Origin: Reclinomonas americana ATCC 50394
Lineage: Eukaryota
Assembly: GCA_048213135.1 (NCBI GenBank)
Contig: PS015028.1
Location: 1 to 40,846, forward strand
DNA length: 40,846 bases
Direction: 5' to 3'
This document shows positions 24,801 through 34,706 of the stretch, piece after piece (the first letter of the stretch is position 1; each line of letters begins with the position of its first letter). The notes under the pieces are model-generated. The model made no database searches, was not told the origin of the DNA, and saw only the letters and a list, made by a program, of their open reading frames with translations. A program made the position numbers and the translations under genes.

Positions 24801-25873
24801 GGCCGCGCCCTGACGGAAGCCATCGACCAGGCCGGCGGCACCGCTGCCGACAAAGTCGTACACGTACCCGGATGGCGTGATGCGACGAATCTTGTGGGAC
24901 TCCTGTGCAACATGGAAAGGTGAAACACCGTCACGGTGCATGACAGGCGACCGTCAACTCACCACTTCGCTGACAAACCAGCCTCCAGCGTTGTCGCTGA
25001 CGATGCTGTACGGATGTGTGAACGTGGCCGATGCAGCCGGTCCATTGGCGAGACCAGTGCTCCCCGTGCCAGCAAACGAGCAGCTGCTAATGGCAGTGAC
25101 CTGCAGTGTGCCGACGGTCGAGTAGGCCGAGGTAGGTGACCAGCGCACACAGACTGCGTAAAAGCCAGCAGCGATGGCGGAGAAGTCACCGGTGAGTTTG
25201 AGCGTCGACTGGACTGGCGCCGTTCTCGTCGATGGTGCTGCATGCACAGACGAGGTCGAGGATTCGGCTGCCCTTGTTTCGATCGAAGTGGGCGCGTCGG
25301 GATCGTCGACCGACATGAGAGAGAGGCAAGAGGTCGCGGCTGGAATGACCACGAACCAGCCGCTGTCGGCAGAGTTGTCCACAGCGTCGGTGACCGTGAT
25401 GTTGAACCGACGGTATCTGATAGTAGTGCGCGAGAGTGAGAAGGCGGCGGGGACAGAGGAGGAGTGTGTGCTCGTCCAACGCAACGAGAGGTTGGGAAAG
25501 TAGCGAGGAGTGAAGTTGTCAATGGACGGTGATGCAGTGCGAAGCGAGATGCCATCGCCACCAGTCGGCAGCAATGAGCCTGTGCAGCAAACAAAGGAGA
25601 CGTGAGGGAACGATGCGCATGCGCACCGCTTGGCCTACACACACACACGCACGCACGCACCATCAATGCTCTCAACCCGGACGCTTGGACCGGTATTCAT
25701 CGAGTGCTACCGCAGAGAGCGCAGTGAGAATCGCCACACACATGCAGAGGTGATCACGTGCGCATACACACCACTCTCTCCGCCGCGACCACCGGCAGCA
25801 GCAGCACCAGCAGCAGCGAGACTGCCATCGCAGACCAGGCGACGCATCTATTTTTTGTAGTACCGCGGCTCAT
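12843..25873 (-). CDS. giant polycystin-1 (PKD1)-like receptor: signal peptide, NHL repeats, CUB, REJ, GAIN/GPS, about 5 TM; many exons
   Basis: ATG 25873 MSRGTTKNRCVAWSAMAVSLLLVLLLPVVAA; NHL repeats (AKFSGPAGLALHPTTGDLFIADTGNKIIRR); CUB-like (YEPFMSCRWLV...DTEANKDTLRVYKDG...LLVVFESDASNQYTGW); REJ-like (PPLGVARSTTYTL; VVVQMEVVDAYG); GPS CVYWSTSTGKWDTSGC...CACNHMTDFS; PKD1-type TM motifs RPLDNFRRTQKLTVACCCW and GDIFINEPIKLII; stop at 12843-12845. Not every exon junction was traced, so a split into two genes is not fully excluded. Confidence 0.8.
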
Positions 25874-27027
25874 CTCACCCAGCACACGCACACGCACAAG
25901 GGATTAACAAGGTGTTCGTGTGAGATGCGTGTGTGGGCGCGCGTGTGCGTGTGTGTGGAGCGAGTGATACAATGTTGTCTTCTCTCGCGCAAAAAGTGAA
26001 ATGACAGACGCACAAACGGTCGTTTTTGTGAAATGCTCCGCCAACGGCTTCTGGGGTCACAACAGGCAAGTAACAAGGTGCGGAGTTGCGTTGACTGCAC
26101 GTGTCGCGCCTCCACTCGAGTGCAGAGGGCACTACAGCCACGGGGAGTGAGGGAGGACGGTGGTGTGTACGAGTTAATCGACTTGTCCGGAGTGACCACT
26201 CGACATCTTGTATGATCAACCAATCGGCGACATCTTAGGCAATACAGCACTTGGCGGGGAGCGATGGGGGGCACAACCGCAGTGTTCATTGCGGAGGGGA
26301 GAGAGAGGGGAGAGAGGGGCAGCACGAGGACCCAATACTCGGGTGCGTCGGTATTTTGTTGCACCGTTATTCGCAGTCGCGATCGTCTTATTCGATGCCG
26401 TTGAGCTCGACACGCAACGCTGTTCGCGCACAGGAAGGGATGGATCGAAGCGTGGGTGGCGCATGTGCATCGCACACACTGCCGCAGGCGGAATGGGCAA
26501 ACTGGCCCTCACATGGATATCGATGTCAAAACCGCGCGCACCAATCGATCGCGACACAAGACTGGCAATGCAGAGGCGCACCAAACAGGGTGGTGTAGAA
26601 GTGGGCCTGCAGAACAACGCAGCGATGCCAAGAAAGATCAGCGATCGCGATTTGGTCCGCAGCGATCGCGATCGATATCGATGCGAATGCGCATGCGTTG
26701 CATGTGATTGCTCTCGCGCATGCGTCTTGAACAAGGACAGCTTCATCAAGCATGTGGCAATCGACAAACGCATCTTTTCCCCATCAACTCTCGTTTGTCT
26801 GGATCAGAAAACGCCTGCAGCTGGCCGGCGCCGGCAGCAATCAATATCCGAACACGATCGATCACGCAGACGTCGACCTTGTGCACGTCGTGCCATCAAC
26901 TCACTGTGACAGTGCATGCTCACACTGCCTTGCCGACGCCCGATCAGCACGCATGGACAGCTGCACGAGCTCCATCACCGTCGTCGCAATGCGTCCCGCT
27001 CTGCGTCCCACTCCACTCTACTCCACA

Positions 27028-28685
27028 ATGTCGAGCAAGAAGCCGGGCTTCTCCTTCAGCCTCACCCCCTCAACGCCCGGTGGCGACCTGCTCGCCACCG
27101 CAACTCCCACCAGCTCTCTCATCTCCACCGCTGCCACACCGCTTTCGGCAATGTCAGCTGGAGGAGGCGGAGTCATTGGCGCAGTGCCCTTCTCTCTCGG
27201 TGCCGACGAGGACGACGATGAGGTGTTCTCGGGCCCTGTGAAGCGCAGTGCACTCAGGTGCTGATGGGGATGCTCAAAGGGAGAGAGGAGAGAGGAGAGA
27301 GTGTGAGTGTGAAAGAGAGAGACTCACACACTCTGTGCGTCACACACACACAGGTCACCTCCACAGCCTCGCATTCGCGGCAGCGAGGCAGTGTCCAAGA
27401 GAAGGTGACTCTCTCGTTCTCGATTGTCTTTGCTTCTCTCAGTGTGTGGAGAGAGCTCACTCGTCTCGCGTGCACGGTGTAGAGCGGCTGCAGAGGCGGC
27501 CGCAGGGGGCTCCTCCTTTGCCACGCCTTCGTCATTATCTTCAACAGCAACAACAGCAACTGCAGCAGCTTCGCCGGCTTTGTCTGCGTCCACTGCAGCA
27601 ATGGAGAGTGATGGGCAGTCGAGCAGCAAGCGACAGCGACGCGAGTCGGCACTGGACGGCCTACCCGAGTCGTCGCTGGCAATGACGGCGATGCCAGGTG
27701 AGCTTCTCGCGCCTTCTCCTTCACTCTTAATCCTCCTTCGTTATCAATGGGATCATTGCACAGCATCGGTGGCTCCGCCCAGCAACGGAGTGCTGCACGA
27801 GCGCATCGACAAGCTGGCCCGCTTCATTGGCAAGCACGGACCACGAGTGGAGTTGGCGTGTCTGCGCAAGAACATGGCCGATCCGCGCTTCTCGTTCCTG
27901 TACATTTACGACTCCACCGATTGCATGTACTATCGTGCACGCTTGGCTCGCGAGCGACAGCGGCTCGGTAAGCCGCTGTTTGAGTCGCACACGCGGGATT
28001 TCAACTCGCCCGAGGTGCTGGCGCGCCTGGCGACGCCCTCTTGTTGCGTTTCTTTATCCGCAAAAGTGTGCGACAGCGATCTGCGGCATTCACTGTGCGT
28101 GCTGCAGCCATTCTCACGTCGAGTGCGGGCGCCGAGTTGATGGAGGTGGAGGTGACGCCGATGAAGCACGGCGGCAGCGAGGGAGTGGGCACGCCGGCCA
28201 GCGGTGCGCCAGGTGGCAGCGGTGGCGGTAGCGGAGCGCGTGGTGCCAACAAGCGCTCTGTGAACCACTATCTGCCGCGCGAGGAACTGAAAAAGTTCAT
28301 ACATCAGGCCGCGCGCGCCAAGGGCGTGCAGTTGGACGAGGAAGAGGTGGATCCGGCGTCGCAGATTCAGCTCGACGACAGCAACAAGGGGCACCAGATG
28401 ATGGCACGGATGGGTTGGGGTGGTGGTGGACTCGGGGCGGAGGGCCAGGGTCGTGTGGCGCCGGTAGAAGCCGTCGACATGGGTGGCACTCGTGGCCTGG
28501 GAGCCCGCGCCAAGACCTTTGAGGTGGAGGCGCAGGACGACGACACGGAGATTTTCAGGAAACGCATGATGCTGTCGTACCAGCATCGACCCAAGTTACG
28601 AGGCGTGATGTACACTGCACCTGTTCTCCTCGTGCTCATCTCTACGCACAGTCCATTCAACAATCCACGCAAGTCCTACTATTGA
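27028..28685 (+). CDS. SUGP1: SURP and G-patch domain splicing factor SUGP1 (SF4)
   Basis: SURP: RIDKLARFIGKHGPRVE...PRFSFLY...YYRARL; G-patch: DSNKGHQMMARMGWGGGGLGAEGQG; C-terminus FRKRMMLSYQHRPN/PFNNPRKSYY*. Confidence 0.92.
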
Positions 28686-28954
28686 ACGCGAGTCACACGC
28701 CACGGGCAACAAGATTTTTATGTACGATTAATGTTTCTTTCAGTGCAGCGCAGAGAGGGAGCAGCGGCCAATCGACGGCCCCCACGCTCTGCGCGCAGTC
28801 GGCGGTGCACATGAAGGGGGAAAAGGGGGGGGAGAGACGCAGACACGCGCAAGGCGTCGCGGCAGATCAACACAACACACAAAACAAACTACACAGCAAA
28901 ACAACACTGCGGGTACAAACACACATATTTGGTCGTCTGCGGACGGCGATCAAA

Positions 28955-31900
28955 TCACCAGCCGAGCGACACGCGGCCGGCTCTCCAGTACACAAGGTGC
29001 GAGAAGAGGAGGCCGACGAGGAACACGAGGAGCACGAGCAACATGTAGTTGAAGCCACGCAGGCAAGGGTGACGATACCGCATCACCACCTCACGGCGCA
29101 CGCGAGTGACCTTGGTCGTCGTGACCTCTACCGTCGACGTGTTGTCACTGGCGACGGTCGAGCCCTTGGTGGCATTGGTGTTTGATTTGGAGGCCTGCAA
29201 AAGGGGGGGGGGGGGGAGTTGGTGAGTGCGGAATGGAACAGACATATGCTTTTGCCCGCGACACACACCTTGCCGCCCTTTTGCTTGCCGCCCACGTTAA
29301 CATCGTGTGTGGCGGTGGAAGATGAGCTCTGTGCATCGGCACGCGAGTGCGAGTCAGAGAAAGGCAATGGAGTCGGTCTCGACGCGGTGACGACGCAACA
29401 ATCAACACGCGGGCCTTGCCGGCTGGTGCCGCCGCGGCCATCACAGCCGCCTTCTTACCGGCACCCTTCTTCTTGGTGGTCGCCACCGTGGTGACCTCGA
29501 CACCCAGCTTGGCGGTTTTTGATTTCGCCGACGCTGGCACCGGCGACTGATTCGCATTCTCCTTGTCGGCCTCCGACACCACTGGCAACTCGTGGCGCTC
29601 CACGACGGTGGCCGACGCCGCGGTCTTGCCACCCTTCTTGCCTCGTGAACGCACATTGTTGGCCGGCGGCGACACGGCGCCGCTCGGTGGTGACTGCGGA
29701 GCTGCAGCCGAGGTCGGCGCCGGAGTCGGCTCGGCAGCAATCGCCGCCAACGGCCGATCTGGTCGCACTGCGACGGCGTCTTCGGTGGCCACAGTATAAC
29801 CGAGCTCCTCGCGCAGCCGCATGATCATCACCTGTTGCAACTGCTCGTGGCGCTGCAGCACCTTGCGTTCCTCGTCCTCGGTCAACGGCTGGTATCCACC
29901 CGGTCGCCACATAATCACCGCGTCCTGCCACACACACAAGAGTTGAGTCGCACTGCTGATAGCGGGAGGGCTTCACAAACGATGGACGCACCATGTAGCG
30001 GCGCAAAATGTGTGCCATTTCCCGATTCTTGTACTCCACCGCCACCTCAAAGGCGTTCATCTGCTCGCTGTTGAAGTGGTACAGCAGATCGGCCAGCGCA
30101 GCGGGCTTGGGAATGTGTCGGCCAGCGTGGTTGGCTGCAGTCGGGGGAGACTCGGAGATGAGAATCTCTCTCTCACGACACGACAGTGGAGGGGGGGCGA
30201 CCAACGCAACGATAGGTAATCAGATTGTGACCAATGTAGGCCTCGGTGATGATGAGCTGGAGCGCTCGCAGCGCACCCGCTCGATCGGTGGTGTTGCGTG
30301 CCAGCGCATGCAGTGGGGAATCGCGCGACGGCTTCTCAATGGTGTTCACCGCCGCACCCTCGGCGAGCAGCAGCTGCACGCATGCGTCGGCGCCGCGCTT
30401 GCACGCCATCATGAGCGGCGTGCGACCCTTGATGTCGGGTGCATTGATGGCGATCTCCATCGGGGTCGGGGACTTGGAGGAGCTGGGCGCGGCCGGATTG
30501 CGCATTCCCTCCTCGGCCTGCTGCAGACAAATTTCCTGGTCTTCTTCGGCGACGTCCAGCATGTTGGCCACCACCTCGAACCAGCCGTGCATGCAGGCGA
30601 CAAAGAGTGGCGTGCGTCCCGTCTTGCTCATCACGTTTGGTCTGCGTGTGAGGATCATGAGGCGTGCCGTGGTGTCGGCGTTGCCGACAGAGCAGGTGTA
30701 GTGGATCGGGGCAAAACCGCGCCCGTCGCGCACGCAAAAGTCGAGCTTGGGGCAGAAGCGCACCAAGAGATCGAGCATGATTTGCGAGACCTCCATGTTG
30801 CCCGTGTCGCTGTCCACAACCTCCTCCTGCAACGCCTCATCGTCGACGCCATCCAGCTCCGGGTCGACCACGGTGGCATGCTCACCGTCGACTCCCTCGC
30901 CCGACACCAAGCCAACTGCACTGTTCGCCTGCTTCTTGCTGGCCACCGAAACCAGAGTCGTCTTGGGCGGTGACTCCCTGACCGACACGCCAACAACAGC
31001 GGCATTCGCGACAGGTGTTCTTGACTTGGGCGCACCGTAGAGCGGCGACAGTTTCCTGCGATACCCTCACAGTCAGCGACTGCGCACAGAAAAAACCCAG
31101 GGAGACAAAAAAGTCGTCGACGCAACCCATCGCACATGGCCAAGTGCACCGCGCACTGACCCACCGAGTCCAACACCGACACAAACTCCTCAATTGACGA
31201 CCACTTGCTGCGTGGATCCGAGGGCTTAAACTCACGCAGCACCGCCTCCATGATCAGCACATCGCCGCTAATGGCGCACTTGTGCAGCACCGTCTCGCCG
31301 CACTTGTCGACCGCATACAGCGACGCACCAAAGTCGCGCAGCAGCAGCATAAAGATATCTGTGCTGGGGATGCTGGCCGCCAGTGCCAGCGGAGTCACAC
31401 CGTACTCATCCGCCGCGTTGCTTTCCACCTCGGCACCGGCCTCCAGCAGCGCGCGAACACACTGCCAACCACCATCAATCGATTGAATGAGGCAATCAAG
31501 GCAATCACAACGGCTCCTCTCTCGATCGCACCTCAATGCACTCATACTGAACGGCGCTGAACAGCGGCGTCTTGCCGTGCTTGCGCGAGTGTGCCAACTC
31601 CGGTCGCTTGCTCAACACGCCACTGATTGCGTGTGCGAGTGAGTGATGAGTGTGAGTGACACCACGCGAAAACACAGACAGACCGCAGCAGAGGCGCATG
31701 TCGATCGGAGGTAACGGCCTCAAACACGACTTCCACGCCGAGATCGTAGCCGAGTCGAGGACGTGAGTTGGCGGGGACGTCGAGCGCCGCCAACAAAGTC
31801 TGCGTGCGAGTGTGATAAAAGTGAGAAATGGCGCGAACTTGTCACGCGTACTCCCACGCACCTCATGGTCTCCACTGATCATAATGTCCTCGAGACGCGT

Positions 31901-32074
31901 GCTGGTTGCCACAGTGGTCGTCGTGGTCGAGCCACTCTTCTTGCCTCGCTTGTTGTTGCTCTTTTCATTGGATGCGACTGTGCCTGGCGGCAAGACAAAC
32001 GTCACCGAGGACAGCACCGCATCGCTCGTGTCGCCACCAGCAGAGAACGCCACTCGCTTCGCCGCTGCGCTCAT
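28955..32074 (-). CDS. ankyrin-repeat protein with a C-terminal hydrophobic anchor, multi-exon
   Basis: Ankyrin motifs GKTPLFSAV, GVTPLALAA, GETVLHKCA, GFAPIHYTC, GRTPLFVAC, GRTPLMMAC, DSPLHALA; C-terminal MLLVLLVFLVGLLFSHLVYW. Confidence 0.82.
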
Positions 32075-32156
32075 TGCTCTCTCTCTCTCTGTGTGTGGCA
32101 GGAATGCGCGCGAAACAAAACGCGAGCCTCTGTCCTTCCGTTATCAATCATCGACA

Positions 32157-32947
32157 ATGCCGCCGAAGAAGAAGAAGGGTTCGTGCCTCTTTCGCTCGCC
32201 TTGTCTCCTGCTGCTGCTGCTGCTCACTGTCTGCGCATGCACACAGATCCGGAAAAGCCCGATCTGCCATCCTCGGCCGATGTGAGTCACATTTTGTTTC
32301 TTGCTCTCTGTGTAACTGTTGACTCTGACGCGGTGTGTGTGCACAGCCTGCTGCCATTGATCAGTACAGGAAAGACTATCTGTTGTTCCTGTGGTGGACG
32401 GCGACCAACAAGGTATACTGATGAGCGTGGTATTTCGATCTCTATGATCGCCATCACTGACCCAGCAACACAGGGCGAGGCCAAGACGCTGAACAAGGAG
32501 CACGTGACGTACATGTTCCCGTTAATTGGATTCAATCCGACCGTGATGGGACTGAAGCAGGCGCTGGCCGAGGCCGGCGATCCCGACAAGCCCGACATTA
32601 TCACGTACAAGCAGCTGCTGGAGATGTACGAGAGGACCAAGGAGCAGTTCGAGCCGCTGTCGTTTGAGGAGATGGTGGCGGCGTGGCGCGTGTTTGATCC
32701 GGAGAACACGATGAAGGTCAAGTATGAGACGCTGCGTGATTCGGTCGAGCAGGTGCGTTTGTTGTTGCAGTTGTCGTCGGTGATCGCCGGACTGCGTCGT
32801 GACTCGTGCGTGTGTGCTTGTGTGTGTGTACAGATGGGCGAGGAGCTCACCGATGAGGAAATGGTCGAGTTCGCCAAGTTCTTTACCCCAGACGAGGAGG
32901 GCAATGTCGACTACGTAGCGTTCCTGCACGAGATCTCGTCCAAGTAA
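32157..32947 (+). CDS. calmodulin-superfamily EF-hand protein (myosin light chain / EFCAB2-DRC8-like), 5 exons
   Basis: MPPKKKK...IGFNPT...EEMVAAWRVFDPENTMKVKYETLRDSVEQ/MGEELTDEEMVEF...DEEGNVDYVAFL; CaM-like spacing with degenerate Ca-binding loops. Confidence 0.85.
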
Positions 32948-33002
32948 AAGCTCTCGAGTGGGAGTTGTTGTAAGTTGCTCGGCGTTCTGTTCTTCCTCCT
33001 CT

Positions 33003-34627
33003 TCATTGACCCGCCGCGCCTAGTGGCTTGCTGTTGTTGCGTGTGGCCAGATCGTCGAGCAGGCGGCGGACGCACACTGTGTGGGTGCTCAGGCCGAATT
33101 CGAGCAGCAGGTTTTCGTGCACGGCGTTGGCCACCTGCGTGAGGTACTGGCGTTGCAGGTACCGCAGGAGGCACTGCACGCGTGTCAGCGGCTGATGCTC
33201 GTTTGCGGCGAGTGCAACGGGAGTGGCTGTGCGAAGGCGTGAGTCACTGGTGGAACACGTGCTCTCTCTCTCCCTCTGTCGTCGACGCAACGAGACTGAC
33301 AGAGCACGCCGTCGGCGGTGACCACGAGCGACCCGCGATCCACTCCGTCAACTATGCATTTCAGCACTGTGTTGGCCACCGCCTCTTGGTGCGTGTCGTG
33401 CTCCGCGCCAGTGTATTCGTCAAAGAACGCGCCGGCAATGCCCGCGAGCTCGGGAGCGTCGGTGCCCGAAGGATCTCGCTGTTGGTGGCCACTGTCGGCG
33501 CCGGCGACCGTTCGTCGCTGTCGCGCCTCGTCGATTTCGTTGAGGAGCTTGTCGGTCAACTTGACGAGTGACACCTCGAGTCGCTCGTCAATCACGGCGC
33601 ACTCCAACAACAGCAGGCGACAAAAGACCGCAGTGGCCACCACCTGCAGCTCGTGCACGGGTCCGTCGGTGTACGCAAAGAGAATATCGAGGGCGCGCTC
33701 CATCACCGCGCCACTCAGACCGCACTGGCGGTGACCTATGACGCTGACCACGTCGGCCAGCGCCATGACCAGTGTCGCTCTGTTGTCGGCACTCTCGTCG
33801 TGGTCCAGCGAATCGCACAGCAGCTGCAAGTGCATCTCCGCATGCACACCGTGCGCCGCAAACATCGCACTGGTGCGGTACGCCAGCTGCCGCAAGGCGG
33901 CGTCCATCCGATCGGCAGCCGCCTCCGGCACCACCGTCTGCTCCACCAGGTCCACGAACTCACGGACCACTGTATCGTCGCCGGCAAGCACATGCATGTG
34001 CGCCTCCTCGCCATCGTCCTCTCCCTCCAGCGCCGCAAGCATCGGCGATCGGTCGCTCAGCAGGTGGAGGGCACACTGCAGCAGCATTCTGTTCGAAGTC
34101 AGTATTTGTCAATCGACATTCTCGCAACGTGCGTGCGCAACTCGAATGACATTGACCCGCCACTGAAGCGCTGCATTGTTGTGAGCCACTCGCCCAGCGA
34201 CTCGCGATGCTGGTGATACAAGAACTCGATGGTGCAAAGCAGAACATGATCTGGTCTGTACACACCGTCAAAACAGACACACGAACAATACACAGTTTTT
34301 CCGCATATGCATCACCAACCTCGTCGGATCGTCTCCTAGAAGATCCTGAAACACGGCCTCATACTGCTGCACATCCGCCCGCACATGCGACAACACCGTG
34401 AACAAGTGCGGCACGAGGGCGAACTTCTGCGACCCCAATTGAAGTGAGCTCGTCAGAGTCCGCATCGACCGACCCTCTCGCGCAACTTGCTCACTGCTGA
34501 ACCACGCCTCATGCACTGTCTCCGCACAAACAACCAACTCGCGCAGCAAGTCTGGCCGAGTGCGTTCACGCACGCGACAAAAGGCAGCCATCAATACCAA
34601 ACGCGTTTCACTTTCGCTCGACGACAT
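33003..34627 (-). CDS. HEAT-repeat protein resembling the condensin CAP-G/Cnd3 C-terminal domain
   Basis: ATG 34627; exons give VVPEAAADRMDAALRQLAYRTSAMFA, LVMALADVVSVIG, ELQVVATAVFCRLLL, GAFFDEYT...HQEAV, in the order of recalled Cnd3 motifs; stop at 33003. The gene is well supported, the family call is tentative. Confidence 0.55.
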
Positions 34628-34706
34628 TTTTTCTTGCTTTTTACGAAAGTGCAACGAAAGAGGGACACACCGACAGGACGACGAGAATGGAGAAGGAGAT
34701 GAACAC

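Noticed and set aside
21700..25100. Teneurin, RHS toxin or bacterial NHL protein insertion
   Set aside because: No YD/RHS repeats are seen; the NHL exons are intron-split and collinear with the REJ/GPS gene.
26641..26670. Cyanobacterial HIP1 (GCGATCGC) as a sign of cyanobacterial DNA
   Set aside because: Only a few clustered copies, and all flanking genes are intron-containing eukaryotic genes.
26001..26909. Protein-coding gene in the long intergenic region (e.g. ORF 26208-26909)
   Set aside because: No recognisable motif, and trial splicing gave early stops; left as unexplained.
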